The notes under the pieces: model-generated | Seen by the model: only the letters and a program-made list of their open reading frames with translations | The model's database searches: none | What the model was told of the DNA's origin: nothing | Origin: Lytechinus pictus | Taxonomy: Eukaryota | NCBI RefSeq assembly: GCF_037042905.1 | Contig: NC_087252.1 | Coordinates: 18,602,001 to 18,666,000, forward strand | Length of the DNA stretch: 64,000 nt | Direction: 5' to 3' | Position numbers and translations under genes: made by a program | In this document: piece after piece, positions 27,770 through 40,175 of the stretch | How the letters are laid out: the number at the start of each line of letters is the position of its first letter | Position numbering within the stretch: position 1 is the stretch's first letter

Positions 27770-28072
27770 CTACTACTTCTACTATTACTACTACTATAGG
27801 TATATTTACCCAGGGTAGCCACTTCAGTTAAGAAAAAAACTGTTCTCCCAGCGGGCCCTGCTATCATTATTACCCCGGCTTTAGCTGAGCTGCCTAGGCG
27901 CTCAAGCATTTAAGGAATTAATCCTGCCGGGTCCCCATTCACTTCACCTGGGTTGAGTGCAGCACAATGTGGATAAATTTCTTGTTAAAGGAAATTACGC
28001 CATGGCTCGGATTCGAACCTACGTTCCTCTGTTTCAAAGTCAGAAGAATAATGCAATGGGCCACCACGCTCC
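27770..28072 (-). mobile_element. tRNA-derived SINE
   Basis: Minus strand begins GGAGCGTGGTGGCCCA (A-box-like) with B box GGTTCGAATCC at 28009-28019; (TAG)n tail. Confidence 0.8.
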
Positions 28073-28099
28073 TCAACTAGCCTAGACACTTCACGTCAT

Positions 28100-29000
28100 G
28101 ATCCTCAGCATGATTCAAATCCATTGGAAGATTGTCAATTGTCAACGTTGTAGCAATTTTAACACCAAACAGACGAAACAATAATCCAATCCAATAATCC
28201 CATTGTTAGCTGCGTCCATGACACTTTCAAACTATATATGCTCACTATTCATTAACAGGCTGTTTGGAAATTGGAGAAACACTCCAAACCCTGTACTTGC
28301 AATGAACGATCAAATCTGTCTACGACCCAATTTAACATAATGGCCCAAATATCCATGTTTTTTTCCATAGCTTCACAAGAGGTTTAATACCTACAACTCT
28401 AAAAATCGGCTCCCCAAAGGCTCGGTACTTGCACGCAATTTGTAATCTTTTAAACTGTAGACAAAACACCATCAGCTTGAAGTATATTCATCGAAATTAC
28501 CTGGTCATCGCCTCACAAGTTTCTCAAAAAAAAACACGAGCTATTCATTACCTCAATCAAATTTTACAGAAGTATTACAATTAATGGCGAGATGCAAAAG
28601 TTTAAGCAGCAACAAGGTAGACTAACAAACAACTGCCTCTCACAGCAGCCTCCGACTACGATCATCAGCCATATAAAATATTTACTTAACCACTACCATA
28701 TTCTTTTGAGGTAGAAGTATACGAGTGTTAGGAATTCCATTTGGTGAATATCTGCTCTACCCATAGCACGTATCTCGAATGGATTCCAACCGAAGAAACC
28801 TGGTCGGGAAACTCAAATTTGTTAAGCGGACCACAGGCAAGACGAAGAAAAGTGAGAAGACAGAATTTGCTAAAATGAGCAAGAATACAAACTTTTGTTC
28901 AAATGTTTGGAATAGTCGAGAGGAAATTGTGAAACGCAGAATAATGTCTGATGCTTGGTCAGAACTGTTGATAGCAAGTGACTTTCTACCTACCCCTTCT
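28100..29000 (+). pseudogene. Highly decayed non-LTR retrotransposon RT fragment
   Basis: 28401-28435 reads KNRLPKGSVLA, resembling the RT motif KNGLPQGSVLAP. Boundaries approximate. Confidence 0.4.
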
Positions 29001-29450
29001 CACCCCCCATTTAAAAGTGGACTCATTTTCAAACTGTGCAAAATTGCATCAGGATTTTTTTAAAATCATGACTCAGCCTTCGTATTAAAAAGACACTCTT
29101 ATATAAATACATTTCTCAATTATGAACATTCAATTTGTCGATGGAGTGAAAATCTTACAATGGACATGATGGCCGGTAAATTACACATTATAAAAACACA
29201 CCTTTCTAGGTTGCATTGATCGTACTAGCTTCTCAATTCTAATATTCGATTTTTTCTAAAATAAGACGCATTGACTATGGCCACTCAGTCTTGATCTAAG
29301 AGAAGGACCAGAAAACTGATACAGACTTAACTAAGTTTAACTCGAATGAGACGGTCCACAACGAAACAACTAATTTGGGGAATCTCCGTATCAATCTACT
29401 CAGCTCTGTTCATGTTGTCTCTTTCTTTGTCATCGGCTGTATTCTGACAG

Positions 29451-29831
29451 AATCATCTAAATATGTTCCTGACTGCTATGTTTGTACCGAAGTCGAGAGG
29501 ACGCTTGTCAAAGGAACCACGGCCAGTCTGAACTGCCAATTAAAAGGGATTCCAGAATATGTCATCTGGAGGAAACAAGTTGAGAACTCTTCGGATCTCA
29601 ATGCTTCGGAAAAGACTCATGAATTATTAACCTGGCATAACGGAACTAAGTGCGGCCCACGATATTCAGATGGAACGTGTGACATAGCCCATGGAGGTGG
29701 AAACTTCTCTCTTGTCATAAAAAATGTGAGTGATGAAGACGCTGGTCGGTACCGGTGTGCAGTAAAGACATACCGAGGACCCGAAGGAGGTAATGGCTGG
29801 CTTAGGTGGAATTTAACCGACGTCATAATAA
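29451..29831 (+). CDS. Exon 2: immunoglobulin V-set domain
   Basis: ASLNC..VIWRK..FSLVIKNVSDEDAGRYRCAV; acceptor ending CTGACAG at 29450 and donor GTAAGT at 29832; 381 bp, symmetric phase 1-1. Confidence 0.9.
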
Positions 29832-31844
29832 GTAAGTAAAGTCAGTGACTGTTGGCAGGACATTTCTTCATAAGGAGCGGGGAGGGATGTCGTCTTCATG
29901 ATTATTAAGATATTCCATATCAAATGTTTCTTTCCCTGAGGACTTAATCTGTAATCAAATTTGAGAATTTTTTTAAATTTATTTCAGATTAACCTCTATT
30001 TGAAATAGTACTATCCCTTTAAGGAACCCATTAAGAGTTAAACATTTTATAAAATGAGAATCATTGTTTAATCAGAATTATCATGAATTAATTATATTAT
30101 TTATAAGCAAAAAACAAAAATGTATCAAACAATTTAGATATTCATACCTATGGAAAAACTGAATATCAAATATCAAAGAACATTTCTGGAACGTTCATTT
30201 GAATAAAATGAGTTATCGATAGGATAACCCGATGTACATGTAAAGAATTAGGCCTCCACTTTGGTGTAGGGTGCATCTTAAAACTTGTTAACCTCACTTG
30301 TGTGAATTACCCCGTTGTAGAATTTCATTTGCATGGATTTTCCAAACATATCAAGTGTCCCTTTCACACGTGAATTTTGAATCACCAATATATTGATGAT
30401 TTCAATTCGTCTTTAGAATCATCGGACCTTGCACACGCTCACTTGAAAAATGTGATTTGAATTTGAATTCCCGAGCGAAGGTGGTATGTGTCCTCGGTAA
30501 CTTGTCAACAAAGCACTGCATAGCAAATATCCTCGGAAGGGATTAATGAGAGGATGAGACCCTTTAACAAGTGCCTGAAAGATCACGTTAGCTCTGCGCA
30601 AAAAAAATGTTTTGGAGGTCAAGCATTTCACACGAAAAATTTGTACCGTAATTTGAGTGAAACTTAACTGGAATTCCCCTCCGGAATAGAATTTTAATTT
30701 GTGATTGTGATTAACGTTTGCGATTCTAGTTTGGTTTCAAACGTGCTAAACATTTGTCATAGCCTTATTTTTCACTGGAATCATCATTCAAATTACCAAT
30801 GTTTACCGTGTGAAAGGCCGGTATGTATGAGTCTTACTTTATTGACAAAGATTACATATTAAACATTGCAGACTATTTGATAAGTGCAAGTGTTTTGTCG
30901 GATCGAGACGCATAGACGGATCAGGAGGGGGGGGGGGGGAGGGGGGGGGGGTTACCTGCTGAACAGAGTGTGAAAATATCTTAAACGCTCTAATTCAACA
31001 GTGTGAATATTTTTTCAGCCTGTTCAATTGGTCGACTGTAAATATGTTCAATTCTAATAGCGTGAAGGCGATGTTACAGGTGATGTCTTCTTTAAGCGGT
31101 CGGCCCCCATTGAAGGAGAACGCGTGGGGGTGAAGAAACGAAAAAGGAACAAAGAGAGAAGAGGAAAGAAGAAGAAGTTAAAAGGAAGACAAGGGCAATA
31201 GAGTCAGAGGGAAACTTGGAAAATCTTTCATGTTACTATTTAAAATTTCTGCTTGCATTGCCTTTTTGATGAGATAGACACCTTTCCCGAAATGCTTAAA
31301 GGTCATGTCCACCCCAGAAAATTGTTGATTTGAATCGATAGAGAAAAATCAAACAAACATAACGCTGCAAATTTCATCGAAATCGGATGTAAAATAAGAA
31401 AGTTATGACATTTTTAAGTTTCGCTTATTTTTCACAAAACAGTTCAATGCACAACTCAGCGATATGCAAATGAGAGAGTCGATGATGTCTATCACTCACT
31501 ATTTCTTTTCATTTTAATTGTTTGAATAATACAATATCTCAAATTTTACAGATTTGACAATAAGGACCAACTTAACTTAACCATAAACTGTTAAAATAAT
31601 GGATTCTTCTAAAGCGAGCACGTGTCTCTTCTGTGAACTCTTGAGAGGAAATTTACTATTTTTATGCTTTTGACATCAAGACTTCTATTTTGTGTGCTGG
31701 ACAACGTTTACTAACTCCTTGGAATCTTTTATGGATACTACTGGATTATATGTAACACTACAACGTTCTCAAATGTAAGTGCTTTTCTTCGTCTTGTACT
31801 CTTCGTTTTCATGAACTCCGAATTTGTTCGTTCCTTAGTCCCAT

Positions 31845-32918
31845 ATGGCAAAAACTATTCGAACAAACAAATGTCGCGTTCAACCAGGGACCTCTTCCTT
31901 TAAGTTTAAACTTCCTAAAGGAATCACTAACCAAAGTCTTATATACTCGTTGGGACTTGTACTGAAAGCTCACACTAGTGTACCTGATGAACTTTCCACT
32001 ACTGATTTCTTTCTTGGAGAACTAACCCAAATTTACCCAGAATTAAACATTGAAATTTGCCGCCATTTTGTTTTACAACGTAAGCAAGATGACGTAATTG
32101 ACACGTATGACACCACTCGCAACAGTTCCATTGTTGATCTATCAGATACTGACAATGATGATAACGTCTGTGAGATCTGTGACCTGAAATGTGAGGCTAA
32201 TACACGAATTTGCATGCGATGCAAGTGTATGCATATACGAGTTGATCAACTGTCAAGGGACTTTAAGAAAATGCAACATGCTGTCGAAGCACTACTCGAC
32301 AGGCCGTCCGATACACGTCGACTAGCTAATTCTTCAACTCCGGCAGAATCCGCATCTACTTCTACTTCGCAACCATCAACTCGACCACCATCTCGACAAG
32401 AGTACCCCCCACTTCGTCAACAACCACCCCCGCCAGGAACGGAAAGGATAGCCCAGCAGACACCTTCGTCTCGAACTTCACAGCCGACGTCTTCTTTTCC
32501 TCGGCCTCGTCAACCTCCAGCCCCCTCCCAGCCATCCACCAGATTCCCCCCTTCTGTCCCATACCCTCCGCAGTATTACTTTCCTCCCGGAATCCAATTT
32601 CCTCAATCGCAAACACAACCCCCTCAAGTTCTACCTCCTGTGCCTCCTCCAACTTTTCAGCCGCCCATTTACCCGAGCTACCGAAGGATGCCACCAACTC
32701 AACACCCATTACAGTCTCAACGATCCAACAACATTCCGCGATCTTATGCTTCAGTAGTTCGCTCATCAACATTACCTTTTTCATATGCAACTGGATGCAC
32801 TAACTGTGGAGAACCCAATCATCGCTCGTCCAACTGTCGGCATGGTATTCAACTACAATGTAACTTTTGTTACCAACTAGGTCACAAGGAAAAGTCATGT
32901 CCTTTCTATTATTACTAG
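31845..32918 (+). CDS. LINE ORF1 (gag-like nucleic-acid-binding protein)
   Basis: 357 aa; Cys cluster CEIC..CMRCKCMH, coiled-coil-like segment, Pro/Gln-rich linker, two CCHC knuckles (CTNCGEPNHRSSNC, CNFCYQLGHKEKSC). Confidence 0.85.
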   Translation: MAKTIRTNKCRVQPGTSSFKFKLPKGITNQSLIYSLGLVLKAHTSVPDELSTTDFFLGELTQIYPELNIEICRHFVLQRKQDDVIDTYDTTRNSSIVDLSDTDNDDNVCEICDLKCEANTRICMRCKCMHIRVDQLSRDFKKMQHAVEALLDRPSDTRRLANSSTPAESASTSTSQPSTRPPSRQEYPPLRQQPPPPGTERIAQQTPSSRTSQPTSSFPRPRQPPAPSQPSTRFPPSVPYPPQYYFPPGIQFPQSQTQPPQVLPPVPPPTFQPPIYPSYRRMPPTQHPLQSQRSNNIPRSYASVVRSSTLPFSYATGCTNCGEPNHRSSNCRHGIQLQCNFCYQLGHKEKSCPFYYY

Positions 32919-35802
32919 GATCACGGCCAAGAAGAGCGTGCCACAAACGTCACGTCTGTTCCACCTCCTACCTATTCTAATGAGTTTAAAAAATGTGCAA
33001 TCTGTCTATCAGAGCAACATGGTCTAAAAATAGGCCATCTCAATGTTCGTAGTTTGATTGATAAAATTGATGAAATCCGTTTTTTGCTTAATAATGTTCC
33101 TTTCGATATATTCTGTATTTCTGAAAGCTGGCTCCATGATTTAATAGATGATTCTAATGTTCTAATTGATGATTATGTATTGGTCAGGAAGGACAGACCC
33201 GGCTCTCGACGTGGAGGTGGCGTCTGTTTTTATATCCGCCACAATTTATCTTTTACTCAGAGGAATGATCTTTTAACATATTTTCTTGAAGCAATATGGA
33301 TTGAACTTTCACTTAATAGAAATGATAGAATTATTATAGGTTGTGTTTACAGACCACCAAATTCTGATAAAAAATACTTAGACTATCTTACCGAAACGCT
33401 TGAGAAAGTTACAACTGAAAATAAAGAACTTGTTATATTAGGTGACTTGAATTATGATTATAATACTAATAATGACTTAAGCTGTAACCCTATTTTTATG
33501 TTGGAAAACTTATTCTCATTAAAACAAATTGTTACACAATTTACTAGGGTGACAGAAAACTCAGAAAAATGCCTAGATCATATATTGACTAGTTGTCCTG
33601 ATAAACATTCGGTATGTAAGGTTGCAAAAATAGCTATTAGTGACCACTATCTTGTATATACCTGTATTAGTATTAAAGATGAAATAAAGTCGAAACATAA
33701 AACAGTTACTTACCGTGACTTTAAAAACTTTGATCAGTCTGCTTTTGTAACTGACTTACAGACTGAATTTTCCTCTATACATACTTTAAAAAAATGTAAT
33801 GACATTGAAAAGGCGTGGCGCTTTTGGAAATTAAAATTTCTGTCTATTTGTAATAAATATGCCCCCATAAAACAAAGAAGGGTTAAACAGAGGTGTTGCC
33901 CATGGATTACTAGTGATATTGTTAAACTCATGTATAAAAGAGATTATCTAAAGGATAAGAGTAAGTCCGATCACAATTTAAAGAAAGATTTCCGTAAGAT
34001 TCGAAATCACATTACGAAACTAATCCGTAAACGTAAGAAGGATTACTTTAGCCAAATTGTCAGTGAACATAATCACGACTCTAAGAAGATCTGGCGTGAA
34101 CTAAACAGAATTACAGGCAGAGGTAAACGACAGGATACTATTCCTTGTAATATTGACGCAGATTTTCTTAACAATTTTTTCATTAATATTGGTAAGAATT
34201 TGGTTAATGATCAAACTGGTCAATTTTTATGGAAGCATCCTGATTGTATTTATGAATTTAAATTTGAAAATATTGATGAAAACAAAATTTTAAAATGCCT
34301 TTTAAATCTCGGCACTGAGAGTAACAACGATATACTCAATATGGATTCGAAACTCTTATGCATAGCGGCTCCGTGTATCGCAAATTCTCTTTGTTATTTA
34401 TTCAATGAAAGTTTGGAAGAAGGCACTGTTCCGCTTGATTGGAAACGTACTAAAACAACCCCTGTATACAAAGGCAAGGGAGACAAAGGTGACCCGTCAA
34501 ATTATCGACCGATTTCTGTTGCCTGCCATATCTCAAAACTCTTTGAAAAAGAAATACAAAATCAATTATTATACTATCTTCGTAAAAATGACTTGATAAA
34601 CATTGATCAGTTTGCCTTTTTACCCAACCACTCAACAACTACTTGCCTACATAAAGTAGTTGATGACTGGTTGGAATCTTTTAATAATAAAGAAGTTGTC
34701 ACAGCTTGCTTTCTTGATATTTCAAAATGCTTTGATTCTATTAATCATGAATTATTATTAAAAAAAACTGAAATGTTATGGGATTAAAGGGCTAGAAATA
34801 GAATGGTTTAAAAGTTACTTATCTCAACGAACACAAATCGTTTATTGTCATGGTCAGTTCTCTAAACCAGGAGATGTAATTACAGGTGTGCCCCGAGGTA
34901 GTGTCCTTGGCCCCATTTTATTTTTATTATTTATTAATGATATTACAGATTGTTTGAAATATTGTTCATGTAATATTTTTGCTGATGATGTTGTCATATA
35001 CTTCTCGCACAATAGTGTTGACAAAGCCATAAATACACTACAAAATGATTTAATCTCACTTACCTCTTGGTACCATAATAATAAATTATGTATAAATATT
35101 GATAAGACCAAAGTAATGTCGTTAAGTCCAAGATCTTCTTATCATATGAATATATTTATAGATAATAAGAAAATAGAACAGGTGAATAATATTCGATATC
35201 TTGGAGTAACGATCGATAGTAAGTTAAATTGGAATTTTCATGTTCAAAATCTTGCCAAGTTACTTGCCAAAAAACTTTTTGCTCTGCGAAAAATGAGCTT
35301 TTATCTGGATTTAAATGGTTTGAATCTAATATATAAAACAATCATTCAACCCAATTTTGACTATTCTTGCTCGGTATGGGGTAATTGCTCAGCAAAAAAT
35401 AAACAGATACTTACACGGTTACAAAAAAGAGCTGCAAGGATCGTATCAAGAAATTTTGATTATGAAAATACAAATGGCCTTGATTTAATTAAGTAATTGA
35501 AATGGCAAACTTTTGAACAAAGAAGGGATTATTTCTTAGCATTACTGATGTATAAATGTATTCATGGATTTGCTCCCACTAGAATGTGTAATAATATAGA
35601 AATGAACTTTGATAGACATGGTTTGAATACAAGATCTGCCGATTCTCTTAATGTAATCTTGCCAAAACCTAATCTAGAATGTTTCAAACATGGTTTTATG
35701 TATGCGGGAGGTAAGCTTTGGAACACCTTGCCATACGCTACTAAAAATTCAACATCTGTACTATCTTTTAAGCATTTGTATAAGAAAGCATTTTTTAACT
35801 AA
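32919..35802 (+). pseudogene. LINE ORF2: APE endonuclease plus reverse transcriptase, with two lesions
   Basis: HLNVRSL, SESWL, YRPP, GDLN, SDH, NYRPIS, LDISKCFDSINH, PRGSVLGP, FADD, YLGV; +1 frameshift in the A8 run 34760-34767 and in-frame TAA at 35494-35496. Confidence 0.9.
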
Positions 35803-37894
35803 GTTTTGACTTATATGTATTTTTACCAATGTAAACGTCCAGCTGCATTTATTTTAGTCTCTTTTAAAACCTTTCGTGCAATATGTTGTATTGAGTGGGG
35901 ACCTGGACGTTGCAAGCTTCGTTTCCTTTTTACAATAGTAATTTTTTATCCTTGCACGTTAGTGAATGAGTCGTGTGTGGATTGTTTTTATTCACGTGTT
36001 GTTGCAGGGTGATCTGTCTACTGTGATTGTTTACTGATAGTTTATGAATGAATCTGGGTTGGGTTGACTGATTGTGGGTGAATGTGTGTTGGGTGATGGG
36101 GTGGATGGATGGATGCGTGGTGTGTACTCTTCAAATGGGTCACGAGGTTTGCAAATGGTTCCTGGTTCCTCTTCTCTTTTTCATTTTAACTTGTAAATAC
36201 TGATTCTCAATAAATTGTGTAATACGAACTGCCACTGTCATTCTTATTTTTTTAGCTTATCATATGCAGCTGGTCGTATTCTTATATCAGCTTAGAATTT
36301 TGATGTAATTTTTTTAACCCTTTCAGGACCTTGATGTAAAACAGTGTTTTTATACTGATCTTGTGTTTTTTCCTGAATAAATATATTTCAATAAAAAATT
36401 GCACATGTTCAGGGAGAAAATAAACTTTGTTTCACTTGACAAGGAGGAGAAAATGAGAATATTTCATATTTCATATAATAAAATACAAAAGAAATAGTGA
36501 GTGGGTGACGTCATCAGTCTGCCAATTTGCACACCGACCAGGATGTGCATATAACTGTTTTGTGAAATTAAGCGAAACTTTAAAATGTCATAACTTTCTT
36601 TTTTTACACCCGATTTTGATGAAATTTTCAGCGTTTTGCTTGTTGGATTTTTCTCCTTTTTTTCAAATCAACTTTTTGTTGGGGTGGACTTGTCCTTTAA
36701 AAAGAGCTAAAACATTCAGTTTTCAAGTTGGTTTAGAAAACGTATTTCACCTCGGTCATGAGCTTTCGATTTTGTTTTATTCATAACTTGATTTTTTAAA
36801 AGCAGTGAATATCAATGTCGCGCAATGAGGACTGAAAATACAATTTTCAGCTCGCGCTGCGCTCCCTCTTGAGTTCAATTTGTGAACTACAGTGCCGGCC
36901 GCGGGAAACGTCCCGCCCGTACTCGCAAACACCCTAGGGCACTTTTGCGTCTACCCGAGGGTATTCGAGGGAGAGGACGAGGGTGTCTGCCCGCACCCTC
37001 AATCGCCAGCATCCCAATAATATTGATTGCGCCCGCATTTACCCTAGGGCACACTAGCATTAGGTTTACATGTACTTCGTTTTCTTGTGATAGACCATTA
37101 TGTTTTCAATACTAGCGTGATCGGAAAATGTTGTAGATTCTATTTTAAACTTTGAATATATAGATGTTTTTCCTTTCTCTCATTCTTTCCTTCATTGTTT
37201 AGTTTCTTTTCCCCTTTTTATTCTTTCCCTTATTCTTTCTTTCCCTTCCGTCCTTCCTGTTTCGCTTCTCTCTTTGTTTCTTAAATAAAATGAAGAAAAT
37301 ATTTTTCTTGTTGTATGAAATAATTGTGATATAATGCAATGGGGTCAATGATCCATTTTTTTAAATTTTTTTTTAAAGTTAAGTTATACGTACCCATCCC
37401 CCTCCCTTCAGTGTTACAATCTCATCTCCTTATGATCAGTGTAAGATCTAGTTTCTATATAACATATAAAAATAGTATTTGTTAATTAAGTTTTAACGGG
37501 GACACAGGGTGGAAAGAAGAAAGGCATTCTTAAACATTTTTTTTGTAAATCTAAATTGACAAGTTGTTAACAGAAGTCCACACATCACCAGTTGAATACA
37601 TTTCATATCAATATAATAAAGAAAACACTAAATATGACAAACTTAGATAAAACATAATTATGAAAATTATGGACATTTGCGAATTCACATTATGTGAGAA
37701 CGTGCAATCAATTGGGATCATCAATTCTTTGATAAAAACAGTTACTTAAAAACCTAGTGAGGGGAATGAAAGGTTGAAATGATTACTACTTGACCAAGAT
37801 CATACAAAGTAGATGTGTCACAAAGCGAACACCTGCAAAACTTGCTGTACTCATCGATTTTTTTGTTGTTTTATTCTTTTGTTATTGTTAACAG

Positions 37895-37938
37895 TCCGGG
37901 ATAGTCTTGCTCCTCGTTCACCAACCCATCTTCTTTGA
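37895..37938 (+). CDS. Candidate terminal exon 3 of the Ig-domain gene (IRDSLAPRSPTHLL*)
   Basis: Strong T-rich acceptor ending TTAACAG; the phase-1 reading is open to TGA. It lies inside a TIR-bounded interval and has no other support. Confidence 0.25.
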
Positions 37939-38069
37939 TCACACCCGCCTCCTAAATCATGACAGGATGTTCTTAGAAATGGAGGGGGTCATTTGTTGAT
38001 TCAGGATATTCTTTTCATTACAGTTCAAATCGGGTCTCTAACAACCCCTCCCTTTGAAACCTTTTAAAA

Positions 38070-38420
38070 GGAAAATAGGGAAGTGAAGAGAGAGAATTAA
38101 AAGAAATAGAAGAAAGGGAATAAAAAATGAAGAAGGGACCGATAGGTAGGGATCGAGACAAGAAAAGAAAAGGAATTATGGAGAGGGTGAACAACGGAGG
38201 AGGATAAATGAGAGAGAAAATGGGAACGGGAGAAATGAAGGATAGGAAGGGAAAGAGAGAGAAAGTAAAGATTGAAAAGAGGGAAAGATAAGTGGAAGAC
38301 GGAAAAGGGACAGGGGAAGAAAAGAAAGGTTAAAAGCAGGAAGAGAGAGAAGATCAAGAATTGAAAGGGACGAATGGAAAGCATATAGAAAAAGTAGCTT
38401 GAGAGAGAAAGTAAACCTAT
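38070..38420. repeat. Polypurine low-complexity tract
   Basis: A/G-dominated composition. Confidence 0.85.
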
Positions 38421-39589
38421 AAGTAAATCCTATTTGATGGTAATGTTTCTTACCCCATTTTCATAACAGAACATAAAGAGGAAGGGAGTGGGGATGGCAA
38501 TAATGATCATTTAAATTTCTTGGTATGATATACATAAGGTCTAACTGTTTTTCATAAATTGTCCATACGGTATTAATTACTCCAATTTCGTTGCAAATAA
38601 ACTAGACCATTTTGGATTAGTCTTAACGGGGGAAAAATAACATGGATGTATAAAAAATGGTAACTTAATAATATATCCCTAGCTATGGATTGTGTTTCTA
38701 TATAAATGTCAACAATTGCATATGGAACCTCGATTGCAAGGAGTGATGTGGATTTGATGAAATGAGAGGGAAGCTCAATGAATAAAAAATAATAAAACCA
38801 AGTTACAGCTTGTTATAATATAGAGGACAGCGTTTTGCGGCAGATCGAAATATGATAACTTTTGAACATTTTCTTGATATACATGTATTTCCTTTCAACG
38901 TTTAATAGTATAGTATGTGTTTTCGAAAGCTACTTTAACGAATGGGTACTTACTGCAACCCGTTAATTATCACTTGCCGACAAAGAAAGAATGGAGTTAT
39001 ACAATCAATTCTTTTCTTTTGTTAAGAGTTTTTGGGTCGCTCAAGCCCAGGCTAACTATCAAACCATGGACCTATTCATAGGTCCATCATTAAACCTAAC
39101 CATTAATTCTTTGCGGGAAACAAAGGAGTCAGTCAAGCCAAGATCAAGTACGACCGCCCCATTCCGGCACACCCCTAGTCGAAATACCCTCTGTCAATCA
39201 TCATGCGTGTGCCTAACTGAGTAAAATAAAATTTATAACGAAATAATGCATCACTATCGGCTATACTGTGTATATACCTGTATATATAATTATGAAACAA
39301 CCTTTTTTTGTATTCTAAGGATATATGTAAAATATACTTTCACAAGGCTATGCATGGCATTACATGTTGGAAAGAGAGAAACAAAGTTTGAGAATGGGAT
39401 TGGGAGAGAAACTAAACGAGAAATGAAAAGAAAATTTGATCACGAGAGGTGCATATAAAATGACGTCCAATTATAAAGATCGGTAAGAGATGAGAGCTGG
39501 TGGTTGAGATAGATAGATGGAAAGGAGTAAGGGGAAGAAGATGAGGAAAATTCAAGAGGGGTTCCAGCATTTGATGATAATAGTAATAT

Positions 39590-40175
39590 CCCTGCTACCT
39601 TTTTCTCCTTTTCCTTGTTTCTTTTCTTTGTCCTCCCCTTCCATTTCTCTTTCTCCCTTTGGTACCCTTCTCCCCTCTATCTTACCTTTATCTCCTTTCC
39701 CCTTTCTTTTTTAATTTCCCCTCCCTAATCCATCTTTTTTTTCTCTCATTTCCCATCTTTCTTTTCCTTGTCCTCACCTTCCCTTTTTCTCTCTTTCTAA
39801 CCTTCCCTTTTTCCCTCCTATCTATTTCCTACATTTCCCCTCCCTTATCCCTTCTCTTTCTCCTCCTTTCTTTGCTTTTCCCTCCACCCTCCCTCTATTC
39901 TCCCTCACCTTTGCCTTTTCCCTTCTATTTTCTCTCTCTCCTTTCTTCATTTCCCCCCCCTTCCTTATCATCCCTTCTCCTTTTCTATTTTTTTTGTCCT
40001 CCCCTTCCCTCTTTCTCCTCTTCTGTTTTTCTCCCCTCTATTGTATCCTTCTCTACTTTTCCCCTTCCCTCACTTTTTATATTTCTCTTTCTATTTTCTT
40101 CCCCTTTTCCCTTCATCCTTTATTCTTCGCCTTTTTCTGTCATTTTCCCTTTCTTCCTCTCCTATCCCTTATCTG
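39590..40175. repeat. Polypyrimidine low-complexity tract
   Basis: C/T-dominated composition. Confidence 0.9.

Larger units (their letters stand above)
31603..36397 (+). mobile_element. Near full-length CR1/L2-group LINE (Crack/Daphne-like)
   Basis: 5' UTR, ORF1, endonuclease-RT ORF2, ~600-bp 3' UTR ending TTCCTGAATAAATATATTTCAATAAAAA. Confidence 0.9.
31300..36696. mobile_element. Non-autonomous Kolobok-like element split by the LINE
   Basis: TTAA on both flanks; TIR AGGTCATGTCCACCCCA / TGGGGTGGACTTGTCCT. Confidence 0.75.

Noticed and set aside
28005..28072. tRNA gene
   Set aside because: It is the degenerate tRNA-derived head of a SINE, without a full cloverleaf
29375..29450. N-terminal hydrophobic part of the 154-aa ORF as its own signal peptide
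   Set aside because: It starts at TTG and corresponds to the intron polypyrimidine tract and acceptor
29832..29900. RAG-type recombination signal after the V exon
   Set aside because: No CACAGTG heptamer or nonamer; the exon ends in an ordinary splice donor
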